64,000 bases of DNA. Source: Eledone cirrhosa. Taxonomy: Eukaryota. The stretch is from positions 39,122,001-39,186,000 of the forward strand of contig OZ024740.1 of assembly GCA_964016885.1 (NCBI GenBank). The letters are read 5' to 3'. The notes below the pieces were generated by a model. It worked only from the letters and a program-made list of their open reading frames with translations. It was not told the origin of the DNA and did not search any database. Of this stretch, positions 61,301 through 64,000 are shown piece by piece (the stretch's first letter is position 1; every line of letters begins with the position of its first letter). The position numbers and the translations under genes are program-made.

Positions 61301-62640
61301 TATATAACAGTAGTATTGTAACTATATAACAGTAGTATTGTAACTATATACCAATAGTATTGTAACTATATAACAGTAGTATCGTAACTATATAATGTAG
61401 TATTGTAACTATATAACAGTAGTATTGTAACTATATATAACAGTAGTATTGTAACTATATAACAGTAGTATTGTAACTATATAACAGCAGTATTGTAACT
61501 ATATAACAGTAGTATTGTAACTGTATGACAGTAGTATTGTAACTATCTAACAGTAGTAATGTAACTATATAAAAGTAGTATTGTAACTATATAACAGTAG
61601 TATTGTAACTATATAACAGTAGTATTGTAACTATATATAACAGTAGTATTGTAACTATATATAACAGTAGTATTGTAACTATATAACAGTAGTATTGTAT
61701 CTATATATAACAGTAGTATTGTAACTATATATATAAGTAGTATTGTAACTATATAACAGTAGTATTGTAACTATATATAACAGTAGTATTGCAACTATAT
61801 AGCAGTAGTATTTTACTATATAGTAGTATTGTAACTATATATAACAGTAGTATTGTAACTATATAGCAGTAGTATTTTACTATATAGTAGTATTGTAACT
61901 ATATATAGCAGTAGTATTTTAACTATATAGTAGTATTCTAACTATATATAACAGTAGTATTGTAACTATATAGTGTAGTATTGTAACTATATAGTGTAGT
62001 ATTTTAACTATATGACAGTAGTATTGTAACTATATAACAGTAGCATTGTAACTATATAACAGTAGTAATGTAACTATATAAAATTAGTATTCTAACTATA
62101 TAGTGTAGTATTGCAACAATATATTGTAGTATCGTAACTACATAACAGTAGTATTGTAACTATATAACAGTAGTATTGTAACTATATAGTGTAGTATTGT
62201 AACTATATAACAGTAGTATTGTAACTATATAACAGTAGTATTGTAACTGTATAACAGTAGTATTGTAACTATATAACAGTAGTATTGTAACTATATAGTG
62301 TAGTATTGTAACTATATAACAGTAGTATTGTAACTATATATAACAGTAGTATTGTAACTATATAACAGTAGTATTGTAACTATTTAACAGCAGTATTGTA
62401 ACTATATAACAGTAGTATTGTAACTGTATGACAGTAGTAATGTAACTATATAGTGTAGTATTGTAACTATATAGTGTAGTATTGTAACTATATAACAGTA
62501 GTATTGTAACTATATAACAGTAGTATTGTAACTATATAACAGTAGTATTGTAACTATATAACAGTAGTATTGTAACTATATATAACAGTAGTATTGTAAC
62601 TATATAACAGTAGTATTGTAACTATATAACAGTAGTATTG
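58330..62640. repeat. Tandem duplication, period 2,137 bp
   Basis: TAACTTT 58544/60681, AACTATCTAAC 59404/61541, ATAAAATTAG 59941/62078. Confidence 0.9.
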
Positions 62641-64000
62641 TAACTATATATGACAGTAGTATTGTAACTATATAACAGTAGTATTGTAACTATATAACAG
62701 TAGTATTGTAACTATATAACAGTAGTAATGTAACTATATAACAGAAGCATTGTAAATATATAGTGTAGTATCGTAACTATATAACAGTAGTATTGTAACT
62801 ATATAACAGTAGTATTGTAACTATATATAACAGTAGTATTGTAACTATATAGTGTAGTATTGTAACTATATAACAGTAGTATTGTAACTATATAGTGTAC
62901 TATTGTAACTATATAACAGTAGTATTGTAACTATATATAACAGTAGTATTGTAACTATATTGTGTAGTATCGTAACTATATAACAGTAGTATTGTAACTA
63001 TATATAAGAGTAGTATTGTAACTATATAGTGTAGTATTGTAACTATATAACAGTAGTATTGTAACTATATAGTGTAGTATTGTAACTATATAACAGTAGT
63101 ATCGTAACTATATAACAGTAGTATTGTAACTATATAACAGTAGTATTGTAACTATATAACAGTAGTATTGTAACTATATAACAGTAGTATTGTAACTATA
63201 TAACAGTAGTATTGTATCTATATAACAGTAGTATTGTAACTATATAACAGTAGTATTGTAACTATATAACAGTAGTATTGTAACTATATAAGAGTAGTAT
63301 TGTAACTATATAAAAGTAGTATTGTAACTATATATAACAGTAGTATTGTAACTATATAGTGTAGTATTGTAACTATATACCAGTAGTATTGTAACTATAA
63401 AACGGTAGTATTGTAACTATATACTGTAGTATTGTAACTATATAACAGTAGTATTGTAACTATATAACGGTAGTATTTTAACTATATAACAGTAGTATTG
63501 TAACTATATATAACAGTAGTATTGTAACTATATAACAGTAGTATTGTAACTATATAACAGTAGTATTGTAACTATATAACAGTAGCATTGTAACTATATA
63601 ACAGTAGCATTGTAACTATATAACAGTAGCATTGTAACTATATAACAGTAGTATTGTAACTATATGTAACAGTAGTATTGTAACTATATAACATTACTAT
63701 TGTAACTATATAGTGTAGTATTGTAACTATATAACAGTAGTATTGTAACTTTATAACAGTAGTATTGTAATTATATAACAGTAGTATTGTAACTATACAA
63801 CAGTTGTATTGTAACTATATAGTGTAGTATTGTAACTATACAACAGTAGTATTGTAACTATATAACAGTAGTATTGTATCTATTTAACAGTAGTATTGTA
63901 ACTATATAACAGTAGTATCGTAACTATATAACAGTAGTATTGTAACTATATAACAGTAGTATTGTAAATATATAACAGCAGTATTGTAACTATATAACAG
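62600..64000. repeat. Copy of about 57450-58800 (offset 5,159, then 5,202), running off the window end
   Basis: TAACTATATATGAC 57482/62641, AACTATAAAACGG 58191/63393, TAACTTT 58544/63746. Confidence 0.85.

Larger units (their letters stand above)
1..64000. repeat. Tandem satellite array with 22-bp consensus GTAACTATATAACAGTAGTATT plus 21-bp (GTAACTATATAGTGTAGTATT), 24-bp (+TA) and minor length variants
   Basis: The motif recurs with period 22 (e.g. TAGTATTGTA at 481 and 503) on every line of the window, always in the same orientation, with no intervening unique DNA. Confidence 0.99.

Noticed and set aside
1-64000. CRISPR array or CRISPR-like repeat-spacer system
   Set aside because: Units abut directly. 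The variable part is only a few bases drawn from a small recurring set, and there are no unique spacers, leader or cas genes.
1-64000. Telomerase-made long telomeric repeat (as in budding yeasts with 20-26-bp units)
   Set aside because: There is no G-rich strand (3 G vs 2 C per unit). Variants are propagated in kb-scale duplicated blocks, which points to recombinational amplification rather than template-directed addition.
1-64000. Fungal RIP signature (TpA-rich consensus, many TA/CA and TA/TG variants)
   Set aside because: Any transition in a TA-rich unit gives these changes. The consensus CpA (AACAG) and TpG (TTGT) remain intact in the great majority of copies, which is not expected under RIP.
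1-64000. TATATAA TATA-box-like or -10-like motifs in each monomer
   Set aside because: They are an intrinsic part of the repeat, with no downstream gene or other promoter evidence.
1-64000. Pure sequencing or rolling-circle artefact
   Set aside because: Rare variants recur at fixed offsets in nested blocks and show regional lineages, which random error or concatemers of one template would not produce. Local misassembly is still possible.

Overview
All 64 kb is one uninterrupted, head-to-tail, AT-rich tandem-repeat (satellite) array of roughly 2,900 monomers (64,000/22), all in the same orientation and open at both ends. The consensus monomer is the 22-mer GTAACTATATAACAGTAGTATT (5/22 G+C). 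It is interspersed with a 21-bp variant (GTAACTATATAGTGTAGTATT), a 24-bp variant (one extra TA) and rarer 18-25-bp forms. I see no unique sequence, credible gene, RNA gene, transposon or CRISPR spacer. The four supplied ORFs are chance stop-free runs of the repeat. The real structure lies in how the variant monomers are ordered. Rare marker variants reveal nested tandem and dispersed duplications from about 0.1 to 5.9 kb, including a near-identical 5,941-bp pair. They also show a recombinant junction, a recurring ancestral multi-monomer cassette whose marker mutates stepwise, and regional sub-families of variants. This fits a eukaryotic-type satellite evolving by unequal exchange. I cannot name the organism or family, and I found no supportable new gene system. 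All offsets were read by eye from marker variants, so block edges are approximate to about one or two monomers.
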